Positions 1 to 9,298 of a stretch of 64,000 bases of DNA are shown here, one piece after another (the first letter of the stretch is position 1; each line of letters opens with the position of its first letter). Under the pieces are notes generated by a model. That model worked only from the letters and a program-made list of their open reading frames with translations, was not told the DNA's origin and ran no database searches. Both the position numbers and the translations under genes were made by a program. Where the stretch lies: positions 1 through 64,000 of IMG/VR virus record IMGVR_UViG_3300033121_001287; one strand, written 5' to 3'. The stretch is from a virus. Lineage: Duplodnaviria > Caudoviricetes.

Positions 1-381
1 GCCGAGGTGGCGCAGGCCCGTGCGGAGCGGGATGAGTGGCAGGCGCGTGCCACGCGAGCAGAGATCGCGCAGGTGGAGGCGAGGATGCAAGACATCTCAG
101 AACGACAAGCCGAATCGGTATTGCAGGCTATTGAGGACCGAGGCTTGGTGACATGGGCGACAGAGCGAGACATTCTCATCCGTCGCGCCGAGCAGGCCGA
201 GGCCACCATCGCCACCCTGCGGGCCGCGCTGGCCCAGGTGGAGTGGGTGCCTGAATGGGAAGCGGCACCAGACCGCGAGTCAGATGCGTGCCCGTGGTGC
301 TGGCAGACACGACAGGAAGACCACGCCCCCGACTGCGCCCGACAGGCCGCGTTGGGCGTGGGCAGGGGGGAGGGAGAGTGA
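1..381 (+). CDS. Hypothetical coiled-coil protein with C-terminal Cys/His motif (frame open at the left window edge)
   Basis: Ala/Glu/Arg heptad-like sequence; CPWC...H..DC near the C-terminus; stop overlaps the next start. Confidence 0.6.
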   Translation, partial: AEVAQARAERDEWQARATRAEIAQVEARMQDISERQAESVLQAIEDRGLVTWATERDILIRRAEQAEATIATLRAALAQVEWVPEWEAAPDRESDACPWCWQTRQEDHAPDCARQAALGVGRGEGE

Positions 382-578
382 TGGACCGCGAGAAGCGCAC
401 ACGTAGCCTGTTGGCCCTCTACCAGCAGTGCGGCCACAACATCTATGAGTTCGTGCGGACCATTGTGGATGGGGAGGAAGTCATGCACGAACACATGGAT
501 AGGCTCAACGAGATTATCCTTGACGGCATTGCCCACGAACGGTCAGAGCGTAGGCGCGCACGAGAGGTGCAGTCATGA
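381..578 (+). CDS. Small hypothetical protein (MDREKRT...)
   Basis: ATG at 381 after a G-rich GGAG RBS; overlaps both neighbours (ATGA at 575). Confidence 0.55.
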   Translation: MDREKRTRSLLALYQQCGHNIYEFVRTIVDGEEVMHEHMDRLNEIILDGIAHERSERRRAREVQS

Positions 579-1291
579 CCCCGCCAACCCCTGACCTCAC
601 CGCGCTGGAGCAGTGGGCGCGGGAGCAGATGGCAGGCTGCGGCAATTGCCCACGGTGCGAACGCTACAAGGCCATCCTCGCCCTGTGCGAGACGGTGCGG
701 GCGCAACAGACCGCGTTAGACGAGGCTACTGGTGCCTGTCATGAGTGGGCCGCGTTGCACAAGGCTGCCGTGGCCCGTGCGGAGCAGACAAACGCTAGCT
801 ACAACATCCTCAAAGATAACTACCGGGATCTATTAGAGGACAAGCGCAGGGCCGTGGCCCGTGCGGAGCAGGCCGAGCGGGAGCGGGATGCGCTGATGGT
901 GCGGGTGGACCAGTTGCGACGGATGGCGGATCGGGAGGTGACGGCCCATGTGGAGATGCGGGCCGAACGCGATGCCGCCAGGGCCGAAGTGGCGCATGAG
1001 CGGCTGCGGTACGACGGGATGCGCTCCGACCGGAATGACTGGAGGCAGCGGGCCGAGCAGGCACAGGCCGAAGTGGCGCAGTTGCGGAGTGAGCGGGACG
1101 AGATGTTGATGCTAGCTGAACATCCGCAGATCAGCGACATGCGCGATCTAGCACAAGAACTCGTGTATCGAGGGCAGCGCATCATAGAACTGGAAAGCGC
1201 TCATACAGAAGCGCTGGTTCCCTGTTGCGTGTCGGCAGCATGCGAATACTGCGGCGGGACAGGCGTCGCAAAGGAGATGCACCATGAATGA
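575..1291 (+). CDS. Coiled-coil protein with Cys motifs
   Basis: CGNCPRC and CEYC motifs flanking long RAEQA/RAEVA heptads. Confidence 0.65.
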   Translation: MTPPTPDLTALEQWAREQMAGCGNCPRCERYKAILALCETVRAQQTALDEATGACHEWAALHKAAVARAEQTNASYNILKDNYRDLLEDKRRAVARAEQAERERDALMVRVDQLRRMADREVTAHVEMRAERDAARAEVAHERLRYDGMRSDRNDWRQRAEQAQAEVAQLRSERDEMLMLAEHPQISDMRDLAQELVYRGQRIIELESAHTEALVPCCVSAACEYCGGTGVAKEMHHE

Positions 1292-1991
1292 CTGGATGGC
1301 ACGCATCAGCCTCAACCGTCACCCGCTTCTGCGCGGAATCCACGATGCGTGTCAGGCAGTCGAGGTGTGCGGGGCATCGACTGCGTTGACCTCCGCTGTG
1401 ACGAAGGTCGGCGATCTAATGGAGCCTGCTCGCGTGCTACTTGACGAGCGAGATTCTCTCCGCGCCGAGGTGGCGCAGGCCCGTGCGGAGCGGGATGAGG
1501 CGCGCACGGCCCTTGATGGGTGGGTCAAGTGGGCATCCACGTCGCGGTGCATCTACTGTGGGCAGGAGTTCACCCACGATCCGCACGATCAGGAAGCGGC
1601 AGACGAGCCTAAGAAGGCGCATATCCTCGTGTGCGAGTCGCATCCGTTGCGGCAAGCCAAGGCTGAAAACGCCACCCTCCGTGCAGAGCTACAGGCCGCG
1701 CAGGCGGTGGTGCGCGAGTGGATCGCAGCCGTGGCGGACTATCACCCGTTGACATGGGCGATGGACCCGACCTCCCCTCGTCTCATGGTTGGCAATATCG
1801 TGCGGGCGGCTCGTGAGCAGGCCCACCCCACCCCCGCGCAGGAGGGGACGAAGCAGCGCACGGTCGCGGGCTATCCCTGCCCGTCGTCCGAATGCCCGTT
1901 CTGCTCCGGTGAGCAATGCTGGACGCACAGCGGTGACTGTAACTGCGACGTGTTGGCGCGGCACGAAGGTGCCCCCGCAGGAAGGCTCTGA
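1284..1991 (+). CDS. Coiled-coil/Zn-binding hypothetical protein
   Basis: CIYC...HILVC and CPSSECPFC motifs; shares the RAEVAQARAERDE segment with ORF 1-381. Confidence 0.65.
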   Translation: MNDWMARISLNRHPLLRGIHDACQAVEVCGASTALTSAVTKVGDLMEPARVLLDERDSLRAEVAQARAERDEARTALDGWVKWASTSRCIYCGQEFTHDPHDQEAADEPKKAHILVCESHPLRQAKAENATLRAELQAAQAVVREWIAAVADYHPLTWAMDPTSPRLMVGNIVRAAREQAHPTPAQEGTKQRTVAGYPCPSSECPFCSGEQCWTHSGDCNCDVLARHEGAPAGRL

Positions 1992-2383
1992 TGTACGGCT
2001 GGCCACGTTTTGTGAACGAGCCTCTATCGGAAGGACGGAAGATGGGCGTGATTCATTGCGAGAACTGCCACGCTGAGATGGTTCGCAAGGGACCGCGACA
2101 TCGGTACTGCGCGCGGTGCGCGAGGGACCGTGAACTGCGGAGGCTCGTGAGGCTGCGGAAGGAAGAAGCGGTGCGAAATCCGGAGCCGGAAAGCGCAGCA
2201 GAAACGACGCAAGCGGAAGTCACTTTGAGCGTGACGCAGCGCGAAGTGAAACTTTCGAACGGTGAAGAGTTCATTGTGACTTGGTCCGGCGATGTGGGTT
2301 GGCTCAACAAGCCAGCCAGTGAACGACGGAGGGGCGGGCTGCTGCCACTCTGGCCGCAGAAAGATCGCGGTTTCACTCCTTAG
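1991..2383 (+). CDS. Zn-finger hypothetical protein (alternative start 2042)
   Basis: CENC-x13-CARC. Confidence 0.55.
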   Translation: MYGWPRFVNEPLSEGRKMGVIHCENCHAEMVRKGPRHRYCARCARDRELRRLVRLRKEEAVRNPEPESAAETTQAEVTLSVTQREVKLSNGEEFIVTWSGDVGWLNKPASERRRGGLLPLWPQKDRGFTP

Positions 2384-2494
2384 ATTTCACTCCCGATGTG
2401 GGCTTCGCCTCCTTTCGCCCCTCCCTTTGCACCGGGCCATACATGGTGCGGTGATCGAGCCTGTTTCCGGGCTCCTGCCCTAACGGAAAAGACC

Positions 2495-2808
2495 GCTAAC
2501 ATCGCTAACAGGCTCGACCGTAAGGCCGGTTTTTGTTAGCGGTTCGCGGTCTTGTTAGCGGTCGGGGCTTTCACTTTTTGCAAAATGTGGCCGTGTTAGC
2601 GATGTTAGCCACGTTAGCGGGGGTTCGCACACTAGAACGCGGAGGTACGAAGTGAGCAGTGATAAGCGCGTGAATCACGACGACGTGTGCCGGTGGCCAG
2701 TTAGCCCCTCCCTTTATCTTAGAACTTAGAGCTAACATCGCTAACATTGCTAACAAGTGAAAGGGGTCAAAGACTTAGGGCGTTCGCGGTCCCGTTCGCG
2801 TCGTTAGC
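2495..2808. repeat. Array of 12 GCTAAC/GTTAGC hexamers in both orientations
   Basis: GCTAAC at 2495, 2504, 2731, 2740, 2749; GTTAGC at 2535, 2554, 2595, 2604, 2613, 2700, 2803; 9-bp spacing within clusters. Confidence 0.85.
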
Positions 2809-2859
2809 GGTCGGCCCGAATGCAAGGACCGGGCCGGGCAGCCGGGCTGTTTACAACGG

Positions 2860-2888
2860 TTGACTTAGATCCGAGTGAGTTCGATCAT
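2860..2888 (+). promoter_or_regulatory. Possible sigma70-type promoter for the terS operon
   Basis: TTGACT (2860-2865), 17-nt spacer, GATCAT (2883-2888); weak -10. Confidence 0.3.
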
Positions 2889-2897
2889 GGAGGCGCG

Positions 2898-3572
2898 ATG
2901 TCTGAGAAAGATTCAGTGGATCGGGTAACGGAGCCGGAAGCAGCAACGGAAGAAGAACTCACTCGTTTGCAGAGTGAGATTGCTGCGCTTGAGGCTGATA
3001 TCGCCGTGGCGAGCCTGACTCCTCGTCAGAGAGCTTTTATCCGTGAATACCCCGTCGACCTCAATGCCACAAAGGCCGCGATTCGGGCGGGTTACAGCTC
3101 TGTTCCCGCGAGTGCGGGCCTTCTCGGTCACCTTCTGCTGAAAAACCCCATTATCAAGGGTGCTATAAATAAAGCTCTGGAAGATCGCGCTGCCCGCATC
3201 GGGATGACGCAAGACACAGTGATCGCCGAGATGGCTGCGCTCGCGACCTCCTCCGTCGATCACTACTACATCGATGACGAGGGCCAAGTGCAACTGCAGC
3301 CCGGTGCCCCGTCGAATGCGATGGCCGCGATCCAGTCCATCAAAAAGAAGACGCGCGTTCACTACGGCAAAGACGGCGAGATCACCGGTAAGGACTACGA
3401 CGTCGAGATTCGGTTGTGGGACAAGCCCACTCCGTTGAAGTTGATGGGCCGCCACGTCGGCATCACGGCGTTTTCAGACCGCGTCGAAGTGACTGGCAAG
3501 GACGGCGAGCCCATCGTAACGAAGATCATTCGAGAGATTGTCGATGCCAAGCACGACGACAGCCACTCGTGA
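2898..3572 (+). CDS. terS: Terminase small subunit
   Basis: LTPRQRAFIREYPVDLNATKAAIRAGYS HTH typical of the Terminase_2 family; GGAGG RBS before ATG 2898; upstream of terL. Confidence 0.9.
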   Translation: MSEKDSVDRVTEPEAATEEELTRLQSEIAALEADIAVASLTPRQRAFIREYPVDLNATKAAIRAGYSSVPASAGLLGHLLLKNPIIKGAINKALEDRAARIGMTQDTVIAEMAALATSSVDHYYIDDEGQVQLQPGAPSNAMAAIQSIKKKTRVHYGKDGEITGKDYDVEIRLWDKPTPLKLMGRHVGITAFSDRVEVTGKDGEPIVTKIIREIVDAKHDDSHS

Positions 3573-4764
3573 TCTTCGCATCAAGACTCCACGGGCCTTT
3601 CTCCCTTTCTTAGAGCCTGCGCGCTACAAGGGTGCGTACGGTGGTCGCGGTTCGGGCAAGTCGCACGGGTTTGCCGAGATGCTCATCGAAAAGAGCTACA
3701 TGGATCCCGGCACTCGCGCTGTGTGCATTCGCGAATTTCAGCTTTCACTCAAGCAGTCAGTGAAACGGCTGCTCGAAGATAAGATCAAAGATTTCGGCCT
3801 TGGATACGCCTTTCGGGTGCTCGATACGCACATTGAGACGCCCGGCGACGGGATCATCATTTTCCAAGGTATGCAATCTCACAACGCGGAAAGCATCAAG
3901 TCACTTGAAGCTTACAAGATCGCTTGGGTCGAAGAGGCGCAGTCACTGTCGCAGCGCTCACTTGACTTACTGAGGCCCACGATTCGCGAAGAGAACTCCG
4001 AGATCTGGTTCACGTGGAACCCGCGTAACGCGACTGATCCCGTCGATGCCTTCCTGCGCGGGGATCCGCCGCCTCCGAACTCGATTGTTCGACACGTATC
4101 TTGGCGCGATAACCCGTTTTTCCCCGACGTTCTGCAAACTGAAATGGAATGGGATCGCGCACGCGATCCAGACAAGTACGCGCACGTATGGGGCGGGGGT
4201 TACGAGAAGAACAGTGAAAGCCGCGTGTTTAAGAACTGGCGCATCGAGGAGTTCGAGACTCCCGAGAACGCGATTCTCTACTGCGGCGCTGACTGGGGTT
4301 TTGCCGTTGATCCTGCGGTGCTCGTGCGGTGCTTTTTGGCTCACGATAAGAAGACCCTGTATATCGACTACGAGGCCTATAGAGTCGGCGTAGAAATCGA
4401 CGATTTACCGAAGCTTTTCGATGCGGTGCCGAACGCGCGCCAGTTGGTGATCACGGCGGATAACGCACGGCCCGAGACGATTTCTTACATGAAGCGTCAC
4501 GGCTACCCGCGCATGGAGAGTTCACTCAAGGGAAAAGACAGCGTGAAAGAGGGTGTGATCTTCCTTCAGGGCTACGACATCGTGGTGCATCCGCGTTGCG
4601 TGCATACCATCGACGAACTCACGATGTATTCCTACAAGGTGGATCGGCTCACTGGCATGGTCACGAACGTCTTGCAAGACGCGAAGAACCACGTCATTGA
4701 CTCACTCCGATACGCCGTCGAGCGCCTGCGCAGGGCTACGAGGGAAGGCACATGGGGCAGGTAG
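3538..4764 (+). CDS. terL: Terminase large subunit (PBSX-like)
   Basis: Walker A GGRGSGKS, Walker B WVEEA, TWNP motif C, nuclease DWGF..D and NHVIDSLRY. Confidence 0.95.
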   Translation: MSMPSTTTATRDLRIKTPRAFLPFLEPARYKGAYGGRGSGKSHGFAEMLIEKSYMDPGTRAVCIREFQLSLKQSVKRLLEDKIKDFGLGYAFRVLDTHIETPGDGIIIFQGMQSHNAESIKSLEAYKIAWVEEAQSLSQRSLDLLRPTIREENSEIWFTWNPRNATDPVDAFLRGDPPPPNSIVRHVSWRDNPFFPDVLQTEMEWDRARDPDKYAHVWGGGYEKNSESRVFKNWRIEEFETPENAILYCGADWGFAVDPAVLVRCFLAHDKKTLYIDYEAYRVGVEIDDLPKLFDAVPNARQLVITADNARPETISYMKRHGYPRMESSLKGKDSVKEGVIFLQGYDIVVHPRCVHTIDELTMYSYKVDRLTGMVTNVLQDAKNHVIDSLRYAVERLRRATREGTWGR

Positions 4765-7346
4765 GAAACGTCTTGGACTTTTCACGGCAAGGCATGCTCC
4801 GCACGTTGACTTCGGCTCTCGTCGAACGATTCAAGTTCGCGAGGCAGGCTGGAATCACGTTCGGAGGGCTGCGTGACGAGTACGAGATCTTCGGATACGA
4901 CCGCGATATCACCCTTAAGCAGTACCGAGACGAGTACGCGCGTGGCGGCATTGCCAAGCGCATCGTGCATGCCTTCCCGATGGCCACTTGGCGCGGAAGC
5001 ATGGAGCTGATCGAGGAAGAGGACAACCCCGAGTACACGCCGTTCGAGCAGGCTTGGGCCGATCTTGACAAGAAGTTCAAGTTGCAGTCGGTGTTTCGGC
5101 GAGTGGATATCCTCGCCGGGCTGAGTCACTACTCAGTGCTGTTGATCGGTGCGCCCGGCGACTTGAGCACCGAGTTGCCGAAGGGCAAGCCCGAAAAACT
5201 ACTGTATTTCACGCCGTTTCCCGGTGGTGGTAGTCCGATTTCACCGACCTCGGCTTCGGTCAACAATCTCGAGTTCGCGGACGCAACCATCGAGAGCCTT
5301 GAACTCGATCCCACCAATCCGCGCTTCGGTCTGCCGAAGGCGTACAACCTCCGTCGTATTGATGTGAGTAACCCGGCGTTCAACAAGCCGGTGCACTGGA
5401 GTCGCATCATTCACATTGCGGAGGGGTGCGTTGACAACGAGTTGTTCGGCACGCCCACTCTGGAAGCCGTCTGGAACCTGCTGATTGACTTGCGGAAGGT
5501 GACCGGCGGCGGCGCAGAGGCCTTCTTCCAGCGCGCGAATCAGGGCATGAACCTGAATCTCGATAAGGAAGTGGATCTCGACACCGAAGCCTCGACGAAG
5601 TTGAAGGACGAAGTCGACGAGTACATGCACAAGGTCAGTCGCGTGCTGAAGACGCGCGGCATGGAAGTCAAGATGCTCGGCAGCGACGTCGCGGACTTCG
5701 CGAATCCGGCCGATGCGATCCTGACTCAGATCGCGGGCACCACGAGCATCCCGAAGCGCATTCTCACTGGCAGTGAGATGGGCGAACTGGCCAGTTCGCA
5801 GGACCGGGACAATTGGAAGGACCAGATCAACGGGCGGCAGGACAATTACGCCGGGCCGTACATCGTGCGTCCGCTCGCGGATCGTCTGATCGCCTACGGT
5901 TATCTGCCCACTCCGAAGAAGGGTGCCGACGCCTACACCGTCGTATGGCCCCACATTCAGACGCTTACCGAACAAGAAAAAGCCGATGGGGCGTCGAAGT
6001 GGTTCAGCATGAATGCTGGCCCAGTGCCGACGTTTACGGTCGACGAGGTTCGCGACAAGTGGTACGGCATGGGACCGCTCACCGAGGAGCAGTTGGAACG
6101 GGAAGCGGAATTGCGCCAGTTGATGGCCCCGCCTGCTCCCGCAGCACCTACCGCGCCCGGTGCGCCGCCGAGTGGCGATCCCGAAGACATCGATACGGAC
6201 GGCCTCGTCGATGCGTTGATGGACGACGACCCTGAAGAGGAAGCTGACGCCGATCCTGAATCAACGCCCGAACCTAAAGCCGCGCAGGAGCCTGCTGATG
6301 CTGAATTTCCGGCCTTTTCCATGAAGGTCGATGGTCGGTGGCTCGGCGGCCCCGGATCCGGCGTCGTTGGGCACATGACGCCCGGCCAGCCGCCAGCACT
6401 GGACGCTCGACAGCAGGCGCAGGTGGATCGCTACATGCCAGCCGTTGCCGCCGTCGTACGCAAGGGCGGCGGATCGCTGAAAAAGTCCAAGCAGCAAGTG
6501 AAAGCCGAACTTGAGCACAAAGACGAAATGGCAGCGGCTTCCACGATGCGGAAGTTGCAACTCAGTCTGAAGGCCAAGGGATTCACTCCTGCAGTTGATA
6601 AGAACGAGAAGCCCATTGAGGGTCAGTTCGTCAACAAGGACGGCCGGAAGGCCACGATGCGAATGATCGGGAAGAAGCTCTCGATCTCGATCACGAAGAA
6701 ACCCGCGAAAAAGGCCGAAGAACTGAAGGATGCTGAGGGTTACAAGTATTCTTCGATGCAAGTCAACATGCCGCCAAGCATCGCATCGCGCATGTTGAGC
6801 TTCGGTGAAGCCATTCCCGACATCGAACTTGTCGATCACGGCCGCGAAACCACTCCGCACGTGACGGTACTTTACGGGCTGCACACTCAGAGCGCCGCCG
6901 ACATTTACAAGGTGCTCGATGACGTGCCCGGCCCCGTGCGCGTGCGACTTGGTGAGTTGGATTATTTCGAGGGCGATGGTTACGACGTGATCGTTGTGCG
7001 CGTTGAGAGCCCCGATCTTGTGACTCTCAACGAGCGCTTGCGCGCGGAACTGCCCTACACGAACGGGTATCCGGATTACCAACCGCACGCCACGATTGCC
7101 TACGTGCAGCCCGGCGTCGGCGAGCGGTACGCCGGGATGAAGACGTTTGAGGGTCTTGGGTTCGAAACTTCGTCGCTCGTGTTCAGCCCGAAGGAAGGCG
7201 ACGACGTGGTGGTGGACCTTGGGCTTCGGGCTGCAATGGCGAGCTTGATCGACGAAGACAGCGAAACGGTGCAAGTGCTCTCGGACGCAATTGCGGCCGG
7301 AAACATGGAAGTTGTCGCCGAGATGCTTCGGCGCGAGGAGATGTGA
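4752..7346 (+). CDS. Portal protein (DUF1073-like) with long C-terminal extension ending in a 2H phosphoesterase (Acb1/T4 57B-like) domain
   Basis: Follows terL; HWSRIIH, IPKRILTG and RQDNYAGP portal-like segments; two HxT motifs (TPHVTVLYG, PHATIAY) at about 6858 and 7086. Confidence 0.85.
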   Translation: MGQVGNVLDFSRQGMLRTLTSALVERFKFARQAGITFGGLRDEYEIFGYDRDITLKQYRDEYARGGIAKRIVHAFPMATWRGSMELIEEEDNPEYTPFEQAWADLDKKFKLQSVFRRVDILAGLSHYSVLLIGAPGDLSTELPKGKPEKLLYFTPFPGGGSPISPTSASVNNLEFADATIESLELDPTNPRFGLPKAYNLRRIDVSNPAFNKPVHWSRIIHIAEGCVDNELFGTPTLEAVWNLLIDLRKVTGGGAEAFFQRANQGMNLNLDKEVDLDTEASTKLKDEVDEYMHKVSRVLKTRGMEVKMLGSDVADFANPADAILTQIAGTTSIPKRILTGSEMGELASSQDRDNWKDQINGRQDNYAGPYIVRPLADRLIAYGYLPTPKKGADAYTVVWPHIQTLTEQEKADGASKWFSMNAGPVPTFTVDEVRDKWYGMGPLTEEQLEREAELRQLMAPPAPAAPTAPGAPPSGDPEDIDTDGLVDALMDDDPEEEADADPESTPEPKAAQEPADAEFPAFSMKVDGRWLGGPGSGVVGHMTPGQPPALDARQQAQVDRYMPAVAAVVRKGGGSLKKSKQQVKAELEHKDEMAAASTMRKLQLSLKAKGFTPAVDKNEKPIEGQFVNKDGRKATMRMIGKKLSISITKKPAKKAEELKDAEGYKYSSMQVNMPPSIASRMLSFGEAIPDIELVDHGRETTPHVTVLYGLHTQSAADIYKVLDDVPGPVRVRLGELDYFEGDGYDVIVVRVESPDLVTLNERLRAELPYTNGYPDYQPHATIAYVQPGVGERYAGMKTFEGLGFETSSLVFSPKEGDDVVVDLGLRAAMASLIDEDSETVQVLSDAIAAGNMEVVAEMLRREEM

Positions 7347-7347
7347 A

Positions 7348-7758
7348 ATGGCGAATGCTCTTTACCCGAAGTTCAAGCAGTCACTGCTCGACAAGCTGCA
7401 CGATCTCAACACCGACGACATCCGGGTGATTCTGGCCGATCTGGCCGATTACACCTACAGCGCGGCCCACGACTTCGTCGATGACGTTACCGCGCCCGCG
7501 CGAGTGGCGACCTTGGGTGCGGCCGTCGGATCGCCGACCATCACGGACGGCGTGTTTGACCATGCCGACTACGCGTTCACTTTGGTGACTGGCGATCAGT
7601 CCGAAGCGCTGATCTACTACAACCACGGGCAGGCTGGCGCGGACACGGGTCGCGGGCTGATCTGCTTCTTCGACACGGGCGTGACTGGTTTCCCGGTGAC
7701 TCCCGGCGGCGGCAACATCAACGTCACGGTTCACGCGTCCGGCGTCTTCGCGCTGTAA
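7348..7758 (+). CDS. Putative virion structural protein
   Basis: MANALYPKFKQSLL...; Gly/Thr-rich beta protein; high GC3 like the capsid genes. Confidence 0.6.
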   Translation: MANALYPKFKQSLLDKLHDLNTDDIRVILADLADYTYSAAHDFVDDVTAPARVATLGAAVGSPTITDGVFDHADYAFTLVTGDQSEALIYYNHGQAGADTGRGLICFFDTGVTGFPVTPGGGNINVTVHASGVFAL

Positions 7759-7768
7759 GGGAGCGGTC

Positions 7769-8233
7769 ATGGACAAGCCCTTCGGAGTAAGTGATCCCAA
7801 TTCCGCACACCAGACGTGGGCTCGGTGGGCGTTCGACGTGCGTGCAGTCACTGCGGCATGGTTGGCTCCGGATTTCGAGCAGGTCAAGTTGAACATGGCT
7901 CGATTCTTCCGTCGCCTGACGCAGGGCACTTCGGCCGCGTTGAACGTCGAGCAGGTTGCGAGCGCCACTTCGCCGGGCACGCTGCGCTACGTGATTACCC
8001 TGTGGTGGGATCGTCGCGATGTCCTTGACACGGAGTTTCACGAGCGCATTCGCAGTGAGTTCGAGCGCTTCATGAAGGGCGGCTTGGGCGAATCCACTCA
8101 AGTCACCCTGAAGGCTCCCAAACTACTGGCCGGTGACTTCGAAGATGGATTGCCACCGGCGCAGTGGTTGCACATGGCTCCTCGCATCCATGAAGGCCGG
8201 ATCATTCGACCAGACGGGCAGAGTGAGTCATGA
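7769..8233 (+). CDS. Hypothetical protein
   Basis: GGAG RBS; contiguous with the operon. Confidence 0.6.
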   Translation: MDKPFGVSDPNSAHQTWARWAFDVRAVTAAWLAPDFEQVKLNMARFFRRLTQGTSAALNVEQVASATSPGTLRYVITLWWDRRDVLDTEFHERIRSEFERFMKGGLGESTQVTLKAPKLLAGDFEDGLPPAQWLHMAPRIHEGRIIRPDGQSES

Positions 8234-8466
8234 TCGCATGTCACTCCTGCGCGTTTTTCGTGGCGGAATCCGCGTTTGATCCAAGCCGACAGAACGCGGA
8301 ATGTCGCCGAAACCCGCCGGTTACTACGCTGGTGCCGATGAGCACGCCACAGGGCATGCAGCCCGTGCCCATCGCGGTGTTCGCGCAACCTATTGACCGC
8401 AACTGGTGGTGCGGTGAATACAAACCTCGTCCGGATTATCCCACTCGGTTGTCCGGCCCGGCATAA
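8230..8466 (+). CDS. Small Cys-containing protein
   Basis: CHSC...CRRNPP...WCGEY pattern. Confidence 0.6.
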   Translation: MIACHSCAFFVAESAFDPSRQNAECRRNPPVTTLVPMSTPQGMQPVPIAVFAQPIDRNWWCGEYKPRPDYPTRLSGPA

Positions 8467-8481
8467 CAGGAGTGAACTAAC

Positions 8482-8784
8482 ATGGCAGGATACGCAAACA
8501 AGTACACTGCAGCCAACACCGCTGCCTTTCAACAGCGCGTGCAGATGGCGCTGACGCGCCACGTGCATTTCACGTTGGGCAATGGCACGCCAACGCAGCA
8601 GCAGACGAATCTCTGTCGTGCGATTCTCGCCGACAAGTCGGGATGGGCGTTGAAGTTCTCGTTCTCCATCGCGTCCGAACCGTCGCTGGCCACGAAGCTC
8701 GATGCGGTGTCTGACGGATCGACCACGACGGACGTCGAGATCGAATCGGCGATGCAGTCGGTCTTCCCGCATTACCTCGGATAA
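8482..8784 (+). CDS. Hypothetical, possibly structural, protein
   Basis: AGGAG RBS; 100 aa. Confidence 0.6.
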   Translation: MAGYANKYTAANTAAFQQRVQMALTRHVHFTLGNGTPTQQQTNLCRAILADKSGWALKFSFSIASEPSLATKLDAVSDGSTTTDVEIESAMQSVFPHYLG

Positions 8785-8795
8785 GGAGCCCGTCG

Positions 8796-9293
8796 ATGCC
8801 GACTCTCTTTGGACAGGGTTGGGGAACCGCAGCTCAGTCATACGAAGCTGCGAACTTCTCAGCGCTCGCGAATGGTTCAGCGCGCACGGGGCCGATTCTT
8901 ACGCTCAGTGACAAGACGCTGCTGGACGTGCTGATCTTCATCCGCTGCAAGGTCACGGCCGGTGCCGTCGCCGATCCGAAGATCGTCGGCTGGTTTGCCG
9001 CAGGTACCGTCGATGGCGGCACGACGTTCTCAGGTGGCGCGGCAGCGAACGCTACCACGGCGAGCTTCTCGTCGGATCTGAGCATCTACCCGAATGTGAG
9101 ATTCGGGATGCCGCTGGCATTCCAGGTCTACAACGTCTTCCAGTATGCGGGACCGTTCTCGCTGGCGGCGTTGTTCGGCTATGTGCTGCCGACGCACGTG
9201 ATTCTCGGGCTGCACAACCAGACCGGTCAGGCTCTGACAACGAGCGCGACCGATAACTACATCCAGTACCAGACCGTCCACACGCAGGCGTAG
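8796..9293 (+). CDS. Putative beta-sandwich structural protein
   Basis: AAGGAG RBS; Ala/Thr/Gly-rich. Confidence 0.55.
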   Translation: MPTLFGQGWGTAAQSYEAANFSALANGSARTGPILTLSDKTLLDVLIFIRCKVTAGAVADPKIVGWFAAGTVDGGTTFSGGAAANATTASFSSDLSIYPNVRFGMPLAFQVYNVFQYAGPFSLAALFGYVLPTHVILGLHNQTGQALTTSATDNYIQYQTVHTQA

Positions 9294-9298
9294 AAGCC

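Noticed and set aside
2571-2756. 61-aa minus ORF MLAMLAMLA...NVANIAN
   Set aside because: It is a translation of the 9-bp-periodic hexamer array; no RBS.
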